Source: Escherichia phage BP32
Sequence record: OR906198.1
Length of the DNA stretch: 64,000 nt
Strand: one strand, 5' to 3'
The notes under the pieces are model-generated. The model ran no database searches. It saw only the letters and a program-made list of their open reading frames with translations, and had not been told where the DNA came from. The translations under genes were made by a program, and so were the position numbers. Numbering within the stretch: the stretch's first letter is position 1; each line of letters opens with the position of its first letter. Below, piece by piece: positions 35,686 to 46,925 of the stretch.

Positions 35686-36714
35686 ATGTCATCAATACCT
35701 TGGATTGATAATGAGTTTGCATATCGTGCATTAGCTCATTTACCTAAATTCACACAAGTAAATAATAGTTCAACTTTTAAATTACGGTTTAGATGCCCTG
35801 TTTGTGGAGATTCAAAAACCGACCAAAATAAAGCCCGTGGATGGTATTACGGTGATAATAATGAAGGAAATATTCATTGTTATAACTGCAACTATCATGC
35901 ACCAATCGGAATATATTTAAAGGAGTTTGAACCCGATTTATATCGTGAGTATATCTTTGAAATAAGAAAAGAAAAAGGTAAAAGTCGTCCAGTAGAAAAA
36001 CCTAAAGAACTTCCTAAACAACCTGAGAAGAAAATAATTAAATCTCTTCCGTCATGCATTAGATTAGATAAACTGGCGGAAGACCATCCAATTATAAAAT
36101 ACGTAAAAGCTCGCTGTATTCCAAAGGATAAATGGAAATATCTTTGGTTTACAACCGAATGGCCTAAATTAGTTAATAGCATAGCACCAGGAACATACAA
36201 AAAGGAAATACCTGAGTCTCGTCTTGTTATTCCAATTTATAATGCTAATGGAAAAGCCGAGTCTTTTCAAGGACGTGCATTAAAGAAAGATGCTCCTCAA
36301 AAATATATCACCATCAAAGCTTATCCTGAGGCAACAAAAATCTATGGAGTTGAACGAGTTAAAGATGGTGATGTATATGTTCTAGAAGGACCTATAGATT
36401 CACTTTTTATTGAAAATGGTATAGCTATTACAGGTGGTCAATTAGACCTAGAAATTGTTCCATTTAAAGATAGACGTGTATGGGTTTTAGATAATGAACC
36501 TCGTCACCCTGATACTATTAAACGAATGACTAAATTAGTTGATGCAGGAGAAAGGGTTATGTTTTGGGATAAATCTCCCTGGAAATCAAAAGATGTTAAT
36601 GATATGATTAGAAAGGAAGGTGCAACCCCTGAACAAATTATGGAATATATGAAAAATAATATTGCCCAAGGGTTGATGGCTAAAATGCGGCTATCTAAAT
36701 ATGCTAAGATTTAA
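35686..36714 (+). CDS. 61: DNA primase gp61
   Basis: 342 aa; N-terminal zinc ribbon CPVCGDS ... CYNC and TOPRIM-like core; length equals T4 gp61. Confidence 0.9.
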   Translation: MSSIPWIDNEFAYRALAHLPKFTQVNNSSTFKLRFRCPVCGDSKTDQNKARGWYYGDNNEGNIHCYNCNYHAPIGIYLKEFEPDLYREYIFEIRKEKGKSRPVEKPKELPKQPEKKIIKSLPSCIRLDKLAEDHPIIKYVKARCIPKDKWKYLWFTTEWPKLVNSIAPGTYKKEIPESRLVIPIYNANGKAESFQGRALKKDAPQKYITIKAYPEATKIYGVERVKDGDVYVLEGPIDSLFIENGIAITGGQLDLEIVPFKDRRVWVLDNEPRHPDTIKRMTKLVDAGERVMFWDKSPWKSKDVNDMIRKEGATPEQIMEYMKNNIAQGLMAKMRLSKYAKI

Positions 36715-36911
36715 ATTAACCCAACTAAAGCAAATGCTAAATCTACGAATGTATCAAGAGTAATTACTGGAATACTAACGCCATGAGCAATAGCAACTGG
36801 CGATAAAACAAAATTCCAAAGTAAAATTCCTATCATAGCAGAAATAGTAAAAGCTATACGTTTTTTATTACCTTTGATGGCATTAACAAGTGCCATTAAT
36901 TTTTGTACCAT
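36711..36911 (-). CDS. small membrane protein (66 aa), convergent with gene 61
   Basis: Minus-strand track ORF with strong SD (AAAGGAGG, 7-nt spacer) and two hydrophobic segments; no counterpart in my recall of this T4 locus. Confidence 0.5.
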   Translation of the reverse strand: MVQKLMALVNAIKGNKKRIAFTISAMIGILLWNFVLSPVAIAHGVSIPVITLDTFVDLAFALVGLI

Positions 36912-36960
36912 GCGTCGTCCTCCTTTAAATTAAATATTTATCGCAAATTTTACAAAATTT

Positions 36961-36990
36961 GTTTACTTTCTCAGCTTGTTGTGGTATTAT
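36961..36990 (+). promoter_or_regulatory. T4-type early promoter of the nuclease-like gene
   Basis: -35 GTTTAC, -10 TATTAT; inverted repeat CTCAGC (spacer) / GCTGAG (next to SD). Confidence 0.6.
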
Positions 36991-37015
36991 AAAATAAACT
37001 GCTGAGGATAATATA

Positions 37016-38355
<1,340 letters not shown>

Positions 38356-38413
38356 CTGCTTATATTCAAATGATATAATTATTTAACTTATTAATGAATT
38401 GAAAGGAAAAATA

Positions 38414-38932
38414 ATGGCTTACTTTAATGAATGTTCACAACTGATTGAAGGCGCTGATAAAGCTCAAAACGAATACTGGGATATTCTCGGTGATGAAAAA
38501 GACCCGCTGCAGGTTATGCTTGATATGCAGAAATCTTTACAGGTTCGTTTAGCTAAAGATAAACCTGAATATAACCGTCATCCTGATGATTTGGCTACTG
38601 CTGGTGAAGTTGTTGATTGGCTACGTAATCAGAAAGATTATATTGACGATGAATTCCGTGAACTTCTGACATCTCTTGGCGGTATGAGCAATGGCGAAAA
38701 AGATGCATCTGCTGTATGGAAGCCTTGGAAAGCTCAACACGGTGAACGCCGCGAAACTCTAATTACTGATTTGTCTCCACAAGACCAGTTGGAAATTAAA
38801 TTCGAAATGATTGATATTCTTCATTTCGTTCTGAACATGTTCCAAGGTCTTGGTCTTACGGCTGAAGAAATCTTTAAACTTTATTATCTGAAAAATGCTG
38901 AAAACTTCGCTCGTCAAGACCGAGGTTATTAA
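38414..38932 (+). CDS. 56: dCTP/dCDP pyrophosphatase gp56
   Basis: 171 aa from MAYFNECSQLIEGADKAQNEYWD; length and sequence match my recall of T4 gp56. Confidence 0.88.
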   Translation: MAYFNECSQLIEGADKAQNEYWDILGDEKDPLQVMLDMQKSLQVRLAKDKPEYNRHPDDLATAGEVVDWLRNQKDYIDDEFRELLTSLGGMSNGEKDASAVWKPWKAQHGERRETLITDLSPQDQLEIKFEMIDILHFVLNMFQGLGLTAEEIFKLYYLKNAENFARQDRGY

Positions 38933-38976
38933 TAGCTCGTTTATTTAAACGACGACTTAAAAGCCGTGAGAATTAT

Positions 38977-38984
38977 TATAAATA
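38977..38984 (+). promoter_or_regulatory. T4 late promoter for soc
   Basis: Exact TATAAATA about 30 nt upstream of the soc ATG. Confidence 0.6.
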
Positions 38985-39014
38985 ATCATGTAATTTAAAT
39001 AAAAGGAGAATTAC

Positions 39015-39260
39015 ATGGCTAGTACTCGCGGTTATGTTAATATCAAAACATTTGAGCAGAAATTAGATGGAAATAAGAAAATTGAAGGAAAGGAAATTTC
39101 AGTAGCTTTCCCTCTTTATTCTGACGTTCACAAAATTTCTGGCGCTCATTACCAGACATTCCCTTCAGAAAAAGCAGCATATACTACTGTATATGAAGAA
39201 AATCAGCGTACTGAATGGATTGCTGCAAACGAAGATTTGTGGAAAGTAACTGGCGGTTAA
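39015..39260 (+). CDS. soc: small outer capsid protein Soc
   Basis: 81 aa; MASTRGYVNIKTFEQKLDGNKKIEGKE matches my recall of T4 Soc; late promoter upstream, terminator downstream. Confidence 0.92.
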   Translation: MASTRGYVNIKTFEQKLDGNKKIEGKEISVAFPLYSDVHKISGAHYQTFPSEKAAYTTVYEENQRTEWIAANEDLWKVTGG

Positions 39261-39266
39261 TAATTC

Positions 39267-39292
39267 AAGGACTTCTTCGGGAGTCCTTTTTT
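39267..39292 (+). terminator. rho-independent terminator after soc
   Basis: AAGGACTTC-TTCG-GGAGTCCTT hairpin followed by TTTTTT. Confidence 0.8.
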
Positions 39293-39358
39293 CATTTAAA
39301 CGGTTTACTTTCCAAAATGAGTATGGTATAATAGAATTATCTTATAGAGGAGAGCGCT

Positions 39359-39565
39359 ATGTTAAATCGTTGGATTAAACCAAATGAAGATTTAGATATT
39401 ATCATTTCACGACATGTAATGAAGAAATATGAACTACAGCCATGGTCTACAGAAGTTGTTGTGCATTCATTTATGATGTACGCAGATGGTTCTGTCGAAT
39501 TTAACGCAGAGATTCGATATGATTATGGTGAGAAGCAAGTTGAATTCAAGAGAGGCTTTTTGTAA
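39359..39565 (+). CDS. hypothetical protein (68 aa)
   Basis: Track ORF; RBS AGAGGAGAG upstream. Confidence 0.55.
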   Translation: MLNRWIKPNEDLDIIISRHVMKKYELQPWSTEVVVHSFMMYADGSVEFNAEIRYDYGEKQVEFKRGFL

Positions 39566-39906
39566 TGTTTATCTTTAATTGGTTTAAAAATTTCTTTACA
39601 GATTTTTTCTCTACAGCTCCTGGAGAAGGTGTAGTTCCTATTTCAAACGACTACCTTCCTTTAACTGTAGTTGAATATGTTTATATGGGAGATGGAACAG
39701 TAGAAGCAGTTACTATGACTTATGAAGAAGCCCAAGAATATTATAAAAATCCTTGGCGCTGGTCAACACCTACTACATCATCTAATACACAGAATACACA
39801 GTCTAGTTCTGATTCATATGACACTAATGTTCCTGTTCATGTATGGACGGGCGATTCGTGTGGAAGTTCTTGTGATTCTAGTTGTTCATCTACATCTTGT
39901 GATTGA
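39565..39906 (+). CDS. hypothetical protein with Cys/Ser-rich C-terminal tail (113 aa)
   Basis: Track ORF; C-terminus [15 protein letters not shown]. Confidence 0.55.
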   Translation: MFIFNWFKNFFTDFFSTAPGEGVVPISNDYLPLTVVEYVYMGDGTVEAVTMTYEEAQEYYKNPWRWSTPTTSSNTQNTQSSSDSYDTNVPVHVWTGDSCGSSCDSSCSSTSCD

Positions 39907-39914
39907 GGAAAATT

Positions 39915-40400
39915 ATGGAAGCGATTTTGTTTGAAATGTATATTAGCAGTAATAGCATGTCGTTTGCTAAAGATGTTCCAATTACCGTAGCAGTAATGAT
40001 TGATAAAAGATATGATAATAGCATGTATCTAGTAGAAGATTTTATTTCAATGCCAGTTCCAGAAGATGTTGAAATAAAACTTAAAAAGATCGGAATTATT
40101 GAAACTGTACGAAATTCTCCATTTATGTCAATTCAAGCATTTACTAAATCTAACTATATTGATGTTGCTGAAGCATATTATAACAATAAACCGCTGCCAT
40201 TATATTCATATGATTCAATATATGACTGGAAAATAGATAAGGGAAATAAATTTATAATTACGGAAGAAAATGCGCTATCATATTTTATTACTTCTTTATG
40301 GAATAATTTAAATCCAAATTTGCTAAAAATTCATAAATTTGATGATGCTCCTACTGTTGTTTTAGGTAAAATAAATGAAAGTTCTGAAGAAAATGTTTGA
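39915..40400 (+). CDS. hypothetical protein (161 aa)
   Basis: ATG at 39915 after GAGGAAAATT; track start 39903 is TTG. Confidence 0.55.
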   Translation: MEAILFEMYISSNSMSFAKDVPITVAVMIDKRYDNSMYLVEDFISMPVPEDVEIKLKKIGIIETVRNSPFMSIQAFTKSNYIDVAEAYYNNKPLPLYSYDSIYDWKIDKGNKFIITEENALSYFITSLWNNLNPNLLKIHKFDDAPTVVLGKINESSEENV

Positions 40401-40578
40401 ATGGTTCAGTAGACCAAACTCAATGTACATTGATGATGGTTGGGTTGAACAAGCAAATAAAGAAATGCAGAACGAATCGGAAGAATGGATGAAATCAATG
40501 ATTAGTGCTGAGAAAGAAAAGAAATTAGAACGCTCAGCTCTTAAATTGATGAGAGACATCTATGGGGATAAATCATGA
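40375..40578 (+). CDS. hypothetical protein (67 aa)
   Basis: Track ORF; overlaps upstream gene. Confidence 0.4.
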   Translation: MKVLKKMFEWFSRPNSMYIDDGWVEQANKEMQNESEEWMKSMISAEKEKKLERSALKLMRDIYGDKS

Positions 40579-40739
40579 ACAGAGATATGACGTTAGAAGA
40601 GGCCAAGGCTAAAGCAAATGAAGCATTGGATTTGCTTCTTAAAATTGGCAGTAAAATGATGGAAGAAAATGAGAAATATATCCAGGAAAACAAAATTCTT
40701 GACGGTCCATTAGTAGGCAAAAGGAAATCACATGATTGA
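40575..40739 (+). CDS. hypothetical small protein (54 aa)
   Basis: Hand-translated [22 protein letters not shown]...; ATGA overlap upstream. Confidence 0.35.
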   Translation: MNRDMTLEEAKAKANEALDLLLKIGSKMMEENEKYIQENKILDGPLVGKRKSHD

Positions 40740-41202
40740 AGTAGCAAAACATTATTCAATAGAATTTATGTCTAAAGAAGGTAAATCAGTAAATACGCTT
40801 GACAAAAAGTGCTCATTAATTATTCCTTTGGCAGAAAATCCGGATATTTTAATTAAAGATATAAAAGAAAGAAAATATCCAGAAAATGTTATCCTAATTA
40901 TAAAGCATACTGAAGATATTTTGCAGAATACTGATTCACCATTTTCTTCTTCTGAGGCTTTAACTATCAAAGGCTATAAAAGAGCTCATGAATATGGTCT
41001 TTTTAGCCTGTTTGAAGATGATAAGGTTAAATTAGCGAGTCAACCTTTTAAAAGTAAAACATTCATTATTGAAGATATTAAAGATATAAATGCATTTGTT
41101 AAGATGGTCTGGGCTCATTTTGATGTTGGACTACGCTGGAGAATGTCCGAAGAAGAAAGAAAGACTATTGAAACTAATCGTTATTTTGGTTTTTATCGCT
41201 AG
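40732..41202 (+). CDS. hypothetical protein (156 aa)
   Basis: Track ORF. Confidence 0.55.
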   Translation: MIEVAKHYSIEFMSKEGKSVNTLDKKCSLIIPLAENPDILIKDIKERKYPENVILIIKHTEDILQNTDSPFSSSEALTIKGYKRAHEYGLFSLFEDDKVKLASQPFKSKTFIIEDIKDINAFVKMVWAHFDVGLRWRMSEEERKTIETNRYFGFYR

Positions 41203-41210
41203 GAATTAAT

Positions 41211-41393
41211 ATGGATTTATTTGAGATGTTAGAAGATAATCATTCTACGAATATCCAGAATGATTCTAGTGATTATAAGAAAGAATACCGTATAGTATTA
41301 CAGAATTATGGAATTGAAGCCCCAGATGCTCTTCTAGAAGAACTAGCTTCATACCATCTTGACCCTCCGCCCTGGGCTCCCTGGGCAAAATAA
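41211..41393 (+). CDS. hypothetical protein (60 aa)
   Basis: Track ORF. Confidence 0.45.
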   Translation: MDLFEMLEDNHSTNIQNDSSDYKKEYRIVLQNYGIEAPDALLEELASYHLDPPPWAPWAK

Positions 41394-41460
41394 TTCAAAA
41401 AGTTGTTTACTTTCCTTTCTAACGATGATATGATAGCTTCTGAAGTATATGGAGGCTATC

Positions 41461-42084
41461 ATGATTATTAATCTTGCAGATGTTGAACAGTTATCTATAA
41501 AAGCTGAAAGCGTTGATTTTCAATATGATATGTATAAAAAGGTCTGTGAAAAATTTACTGACTTTGAACAGTCAGTTCTTTGGCAATGTATGGAAGCCAA
41601 AAAGAATGAAGCTCTTCACCGGCAATTGAATAAAATCGTTAAAAAGCATTTAACTAAATCACCTTATCAGCTATATCGTGGTATATCAAAATCGACAAAA
41701 GAGCTCATTAAAGATTTACAAGTCGGAGAAGTGTTTTCAACGAACAGAGTAGATTCATTTACTACTAGTTTGCACACAGCATGTGGTTTTTCTTATGTTG
41801 AGTATTTCACTGAAATAATATTTCGCTTAAAAACTGATAAAGCTTTTAATTATTCTGACCATATCAGCGATATTATACTTTCTTCTCCTAATACTGAGTT
41901 TAAGTATACATATGAAGATACTGATGGATTAGATTCAGAACGTACTGATAACTTAATGATGATTGTGCGTGAACAAGAATGGATGATTCCAATTGGAAAG
42001 TATAAAATAACTTCTATTTCAAAAGAAAAATTACACGATTCATTTGGAACATTTAAAGTGTATGATATTGAGGTAGTTGAATGA
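41461..42084 (+). CDS. modB: ADP-ribosyltransferase ModB
   Basis: 207 aa from MIINLADVEQ; paralogue of the downstream ModA; RBS GGAGG. Confidence 0.8.
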   Translation: MIINLADVEQLSIKAESVDFQYDMYKKVCEKFTDFEQSVLWQCMEAKKNEALHRQLNKIVKKHLTKSPYQLYRGISKSTKELIKDLQVGEVFSTNRVDSFTTSLHTACGFSYVEYFTEIIFRLKTDKAFNYSDHISDIILSSPNTEFKYTYEDTDGLDSERTDNLMMIVREQEWMIPIGKYKITSISKEKLHDSFGTFKVYDIEVVE

Positions 42085-42683
42085 AATATTCAGCAATGCA
42101 ATTAAAAGATTTTAAAATCAAATCAATGGATGCATCGGTGCGTGCTTCTATTCGTGAAGAATTACTTTCTGAAGGATTTAATTTATCTGAAATTGAACTT
42201 TTAATTCATTGTATTACTAATAAGCCAGACGATCATTCTTGGTTAAATGAAATAATCAAATCTCGTTTGGTTCCAAACGATAAACCTCTTTGGAGAGGTG
42301 TTCCAGTTGAGACTAAGCAGGTGTTAAATCAAGGAATTGATATTATTACATTTGATAAAGTAGTATCAGCTTCATATGATAAAAATATAGCTCTACATTT
42401 TGCTTCTGGATTAGAATACAACACACAAGTTATTTTTGAATTCAAAGCTCCTATGGTATTTAATTTCCAGGAGTATGCTATAAAAGCTCTACGTTGTAAA
42501 GAATATAGTCCAAGTTTTAAGTTTCCAGATAGCCATCGCTATCGTAATATGGAATTAGTTTCAGATGAACAAGAAGTAATGATACCAGCTGGAAGTGTAT
42601 TTAGAATTGCGGATAGATATGAGTATAAAAAGTATTCAACATACACTATCTATACTCTTGACTTTGAAGGATTTAATCTATAA
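42081..42683 (+). CDS. modA: ADP-ribosyltransferase ModA
   Basis: 200 aa; matches my recall of T4 ModA (MKYSAMQLKDFKIKSMDASVRASIREELL...). Confidence 0.85.
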   Translation: MKYSAMQLKDFKIKSMDASVRASIREELLSEGFNLSEIELLIHCITNKPDDHSWLNEIIKSRLVPNDKPLWRGVPVETKQVLNQGIDIITFDKVVSASYDKNIALHFASGLEYNTQVIFEFKAPMVFNFQEYAIKALRCKEYSPSFKFPDSHRYRNMELVSDEQEVMIPAGSVFRIADRYEYKKYSTYTIYTLDFEGFNL

Positions 42684-42738
42684 TGGAAGGACTTAGATTC
42701 ATTATACCATGAAAGTTTTAAAGCATTTTCATAAAGTT

Positions 42739-42768
42739 GTTTACAAGCTGAAGTAAAAATGATATAGT
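42739..42768 (+). promoter_or_regulatory. T4-type early promoter
   Basis: -35 GTTTAC, -10 TATAGT upstream of the srd-position gene. Confidence 0.6.
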
Positions 42769-42798
42769 ATAAGTAGTTAACCCGTCCGTGAGAAAAAT

Positions 42799-43545
42799 AT
42801 GAAACTGACTAATAATCAAATTCGTAAAATTAAACGTCGTCTAGAGCATACTCAGGCATCTGCTAAAAGACGTTCTAAAGATTTTAACTTAGACTTTAAT
42901 TACATTAAAAATATTTTAGATCAGAAAGTTTGCGCTTACTCGGGAGAACCTTTTGATAATCGTATTGAAGGAGAGAAATTATCATTAGAACGTTTTGATA
43001 ATAACGTTGGATACATTAAAGGGAATGTTATTGCAGTAAAGAAAAAGTATAATACATTTCGTTCTGATTATACTTTAGAAGAGTTGATTGAAAAGCGTGA
43101 TTTATTTGCTTTGCGAATTGGTCGTTCATCTGCGAAAAAAGTTCATAAACTAAATTTAGATGAAAAGAAATGGGCTAAAATCAAAAAGACTTATAATCAA
43201 ATTAAATCTATACAGAAAAAACGTGAAAACCGAATTGAGCACATTTCTCAGCTTTCTAAATCAAAACAAACTTCTGACGTTAAGCTAACGATTATAGCAC
43301 TTAAAGCTCGTATTGATGGTTCTCGTATAGCAGAAGGTGCTGAAGTTGTTAAATTGAACGTTCTTCTTAAAGGCTCGGATTGGAAAACTGTGAAAAAGTT
43401 GTCAGAAGCAGAAATGCAATATGATATGTGTGATAAAATTATTCAAGGTATAGAGCGGTATCAAAACTTGTCTTTTATTGATAAACTTAAACTGAAAAGA
43501 GGATACCCGCTAAATTGTTCAATTTTTAAACTTATCCGAGGATAA
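42799..43545 (+). CDS. srd: Srd-like protein (T4 srd position)
   Basis: 248 aa; lies between mod genes and dda as T4 srd does; identity by position and size. Confidence 0.55.
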   Translation: MKLTNNQIRKIKRRLEHTQASAKRRSKDFNLDFNYIKNILDQKVCAYSGEPFDNRIEGEKLSLERFDNNVGYIKGNVIAVKKKYNTFRSDYTLEELIEKRDLFALRIGRSSAKKVHKLNLDEKKWAKIKKTYNQIKSIQKKRENRIEHISQLSKSKQTSDVKLTIIALKARIDGSRIAEGAEVVKLNVLLKGSDWKTVKKLSEAEMQYDMCDKIIQGIERYQNLSFIDKLKLKRGYPLNCSIFKLIRG

Positions 43546-43546
43546 T

Positions 43547-43858
43547 ATGTTTTATGTATATGCGATAGTGTATAGAGATAAAGATGGATTTGCGGTGCCT
43601 GTTCCTCTTGATGAACATCGCCCTGCTGTATTTTTTGAAAGGGAGATTGCTGATAAAGTATTTACAACTCTTAAAGAGCAGTATCAACTAGCTTTAGGTA
43701 TGGGAATTCCGAGATTAGTTGAGACTCCACGTAAGTTTTGGTTTAATAAAATAGAAGTTAAACATGTTAAGCCTGATGTAGACACACAAAGATTATATCG
43801 GCGAATTTTAGATACTGGGCGTATTGTTAGTATACCAATTGCAGGGAATTTACGATGA
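43547..43858 (+). CDS. hypothetical protein (103 aa), dda.1 position
   Basis: Track ORF directly upstream of dda. Confidence 0.6.
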   Translation: MFYVYAIVYRDKDGFAVPVPLDEHRPAVFFEREIADKVFTTLKEQYQLALGMGIPRLVETPRKFWFNKIEVKHVKPDVDTQRLYRRILDTGRIVSIPIAGNLR

Positions 43859-45174
43859 CATTTGATGATTTGACCGAAGGCCAGAAAAATGCCTTTAACA
43901 TTGTTATGAGGGCTATTAAAGAAAAGAAACACCATGTAACTATTAATGGACCTGCTGGTACTGGTAAGACTACTCTTACTAAGTTCATCATTGAAGCTTT
44001 AATATCTACAGGCGAAACTGGAATTATTTTAGCAGCTCCTACACATGCAGCTAAAAAGATTCTTTCAAAACTATCGGGGAAAGAAGCGAGTACTATTCAC
44101 AGTATTCTCAAAATTAACCCAGTAACATACGAAGAAAACGTTCTTTTTGAACAAAAAGAAGTACCGGATTTAGCTAAATGCAGGGTATTAATCTGCGACG
44201 AAGTGTCAATGTATGATAGAAAGCTATTTAAAATTCTGCTTTCAACTATCCCGCCGTGGTGTACTATAATTGGAATAGGCGATAATAAGCAAATTAGACC
44301 TGTTGACCCAGGAGAAAACACTGCTTATATCAGTCCGTTCTTTACGCACAAAGACTTTTATCAGTGTGAACTCACCGAAGTTAAACGCAGTAATGCTCCT
44401 ATTATTGATGTAGCTACTGATGTTCGTAACGGTAAGTGGATTTATGATAAAATTATTGATGGGCATGGAGTACGTGGATTTACTGGTGATACCGCTTTAC
44501 GCGATTTTATGGTAAATTATTTTTCAATCGTAAAATCACTAGATGATTTGTTTGAAAATCGTGTAATGGCATTTACGAATAAATCTGTTGATAAGTTGAA
44601 TAGCATTATTCGCAAAAAGATTTTTGAAACCGATAAAGATTTTATCGTTGGTGAAATTATTGTAATGCAGGAACCATTAATTAAAACATATAAAATTGAT
44701 GGAAAGCCTGTGTCAGAAATTATTTTTAATAACGGACAATTAGTTCGTATTATAGAAGCAGAGTATACATCAACATTTGTTAAAGCTCGTGGTGTTCCTG
44801 GAGAATATCTAATTCGTCATTGGGATTTAACAGTAGAAACTTACGGCGATGATGAATATTATCGTGAAAAGATTAAAATAATTTCATCTGATGAAGAGCT
44901 GTATAAGTTTAACTTATTTTTAGGTAAAACGGCAGAAACTTATAAAAATTGGAATAAAGGCGGAAAAGCTCCGTGGAGCGATTTTTGGGATGCTAAATCA
45001 CAGTTTAGTAAAGTGAAAGCACTTCCTGCGTCAACATTCCATAAAGCTCAGGGCATGTCTGTAGATCGTGCTTTCATCTATACACCTTGTATTCATTATG
45101 CAGATGCTGAACTAGCACAGCAGCTTCTTTATGTTGGTGTAACACGTGGTCGTTATGATGTGTTTTATGTATGA
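43855..45174 (+). CDS. dda: DNA helicase Dda (SF1)
   Basis: 439 aa; Walker A GPAGTGKTT; length equals T4 Dda. Confidence 0.9.
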   Translation: MTFDDLTEGQKNAFNIVMRAIKEKKHHVTINGPAGTGKTTLTKFIIEALISTGETGIILAAPTHAAKKILSKLSGKEASTIHSILKINPVTYEENVLFEQKEVPDLAKCRVLICDEVSMYDRKLFKILLSTIPPWCTIIGIGDNKQIRPVDPGENTAYISPFFTHKDFYQCELTEVKRSNAPIIDVATDVRNGKWIYDKIIDGHGVRGFTGDTALRDFMVNYFSIVKSLDDLFENRVMAFTNKSVDKLNSIIRKKIFETDKDFIVGEIIVMQEPLIKTYKIDGKPVSEIIFNNGQLVRIIEAEYTSTFVKARGVPGEYLIRHWDLTVETYGDDEYYREKIKIISSDEELYKFNLFLGKTAETYKNWNKGGKAPWSDFWDAKSQFSKVKALPASTFHKAQGMSVDRAFIYTPCIHYADAELAQQLLYVGVTRGRYDVFYV

Positions 45175-45195
45175 TTAAATTTGAGGAAGCTATTC

Positions 45196-45441
45196 GTGGA
45201 AATAACTAAAGACCAGTTTTATCTACTTCAAGATAAAGTGAGCGAAATATATGAAATAGCTTATAGTAAAAATCGCAAAAACGTGAAAATTGAATCAGGC
45301 AAGTTAATGCTTCAATTGGAAGAAATCGAACGAGATTTGATTGCGTTAGAATTCTTTTGCGGTGAAGTGAAAACTGTCACAATCAGTGATTATGTTTTAG
45401 GTGAAATTAGCCATCTTTATAAGGCGATTATTAATGATTGA
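45196..45441 (+). CDS. hypothetical protein (about 81 aa), paralogue of next gene
   Basis: Track ORF 45181..45441; start uncertain (TTG 45181 or GTG 45196); shares LEEIE/QKD ... DY ... G ... I pattern with next ORF. Confidence 0.4.
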   Translation: MEITKDQFYLLQDKVSEIYEIAYSKNRKNVKIESGKLMLQLEEIERDLIALEFFCGEVKTVTISDYVLGEISHLYKAIIND

Positions 45442-45676
45442 ATTAAGTTTACATCAGTTTAAATCTCTTATGACAAATGTTAAAGCTGTCATTGAGGAAA
45501 ATCCAGGACCTGATAATGTTACTATTCGCGAAAAAGCTTCAAAGATAGTATACAGTCTTGAAGAGATACAAAAAGATATTGAATCTATGGCAAAATTTAT
45601 TGATGAGCCCATTAATAAAGTTTATATCCAAGATTATACTGTAGGTCAAATTCGCGATTTAGCAAGGAAAATTTAA
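45434..45676 (+). CDS. hypothetical protein (80 aa), paralogue of previous gene
   Basis: In-frame ATG at 45434 within track ORF 45401..45676. Confidence 0.45.
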   Translation: MIELSLHQFKSLMTNVKAVIEENPGPDNVTIREKASKIVYSLEEIQKDIESMAKFIDEPINKVYIQDYTVGQIRDLARKI

Positions 45677-46359
45677 TGTTTGATTTTATTATAGATTTTG
45701 AAACAATGGGAAGTGGTGAAAAGGCAGCTGTTATTGATTTGGCTGTTATTGCCTTTGACCCTAATCCAGAAGTAGTTGAAACATTCGATGAATTAGTTTC
45801 GCGCGGCATTAAAATCAAATTTGATTTAAAAAGTCAAAAAGGACATCGTCTTTTTACTAAAAGCACTATCGAATGGTGGAAAAATCAGTCTCCTGAAGCT
45901 CGAAAAAATATTGCACCGTCAGATGAAGATGTAAGCACTATCGATGGTATTGTAAAATTTAATGATTACATCAATGCACATAACATCGATCCTTGGAAAT
46001 CTCAAGGCTGGTGCCGTGGAATGTCGTTTGATTTTCCAATTTTAGTCGATCTCATTCGCGATATTCAACGTCTTAATGGCGTTTCTGAGAATGAACTTGA
46101 CACATTTAAGTTAGAACCGTGTAAATTCTGGAATCAGCGTGATATTCGTACCAGAATTGAAGCACTTCTCCTTGTTCGTGATATGACCACGTGTCCTCTT
46201 CCAAAAGGAACTTTAGATGGATTCGTTGCACATGATTCTATTCATGACTGTGCGAAAGACATCCTGATGATGAAGTATGCTTTGCGATATGCTATGGGTC
46301 TTGAAGATGCTCCGTCAGAGGAAGAGTGCGATCCTCTATCTCTTCCAACAAAACGATAA
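45676..46359 (+). CDS. dexA: exonuclease A (DEDD 3'-5' exonuclease)
   Basis: 227 aa; N-terminal acidic motif DFETMG typical of DnaQ-like exonucleases; length equals T4 DexA. Confidence 0.85.
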   Translation: MFDFIIDFETMGSGEKAAVIDLAVIAFDPNPEVVETFDELVSRGIKIKFDLKSQKGHRLFTKSTIEWWKNQSPEARKNIAPSDEDVSTIDGIVKFNDYINAHNIDPWKSQGWCRGMSFDFPILVDLIRDIQRLNGVSENELDTFKLEPCKFWNQRDIRTRIEALLLVRDMTTCPLPKGTLDGFVAHDSIHDCAKDILMMKYALRYAMGLEDAPSEEECDPLSLPTKR

Positions 46360-46365
46360 AAAGTT

Positions 46366-46395
46366 GTTTACTTCCTCGGTTAGTTGTGGTATTAT
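46366..46395 (+). promoter_or_regulatory. T4-type early promoter
   Basis: -35 GTTTAC, -10 TATTAT with upstream TGTGG. Confidence 0.6.
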
Positions 46396-46422
46396 AACAC
46401 CATAGCTACTGAGGATAATAAA

Positions 46423-46923
46423 ATGAAAATTTATCGTGTTGAATCATCTTTTAGTATTCTTAATTGTGAAGATGCTATAACAATACGTCGAAATCTTTGT
46501 GTTCAAATAACGCCATACAGGAGTATAATAGATTCATGGAGCGAAGAGTGGTTATTACACGTAGGTTATGACAGACCTAATTTTATGCATCATAGCGATG
46601 ATAATAAAAGAATTCCTTTACCACACGAAGATAAACTATTAGTTAAAAACGCTAATATAGTAATTAATACTAAGTTCAAGAAAGATTATGTTGGAGTAGA
46701 ATATCATATTCCAGGATGGTTTATAGCTCTTTATCATTTTGCTTTCGCTAGTGAATATGATATGATGAGATGGTTCACACGAGAAGAGCGGGAAGAATTA
46801 TCTTCTAAAGGATTTTATCTCGCTGTATACGAAGTTTCTGAAGATGAAGTTATCATTGGCGGGCACCAAGTAATGTTCCGCAAATCGCATGCTGAACTCA
46901 TAGATTTTATTGAAATGAGATAA
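46423..46923 (+). CDS. hypothetical protein (166 aa), T4 motB position
   Basis: ATG at 46423 after GAGGATAATAAA; T4 MotB is about 162 aa; identity by position only. Confidence 0.5.
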   Translation: MKIYRVESSFSILNCEDAITIRRNLCVQITPYRSIIDSWSEEWLLHVGYDRPNFMHHSDDNKRIPLPHEDKLLVKNANIVINTKFKKDYVGVEYHIPGWFIALYHFAFASEYDMMRWFTREEREELSSKGFYLAVYEVSEDEVIIGGHQVMFRKSHAELIDFIEMR

Positions 46924-46925
46924 TT

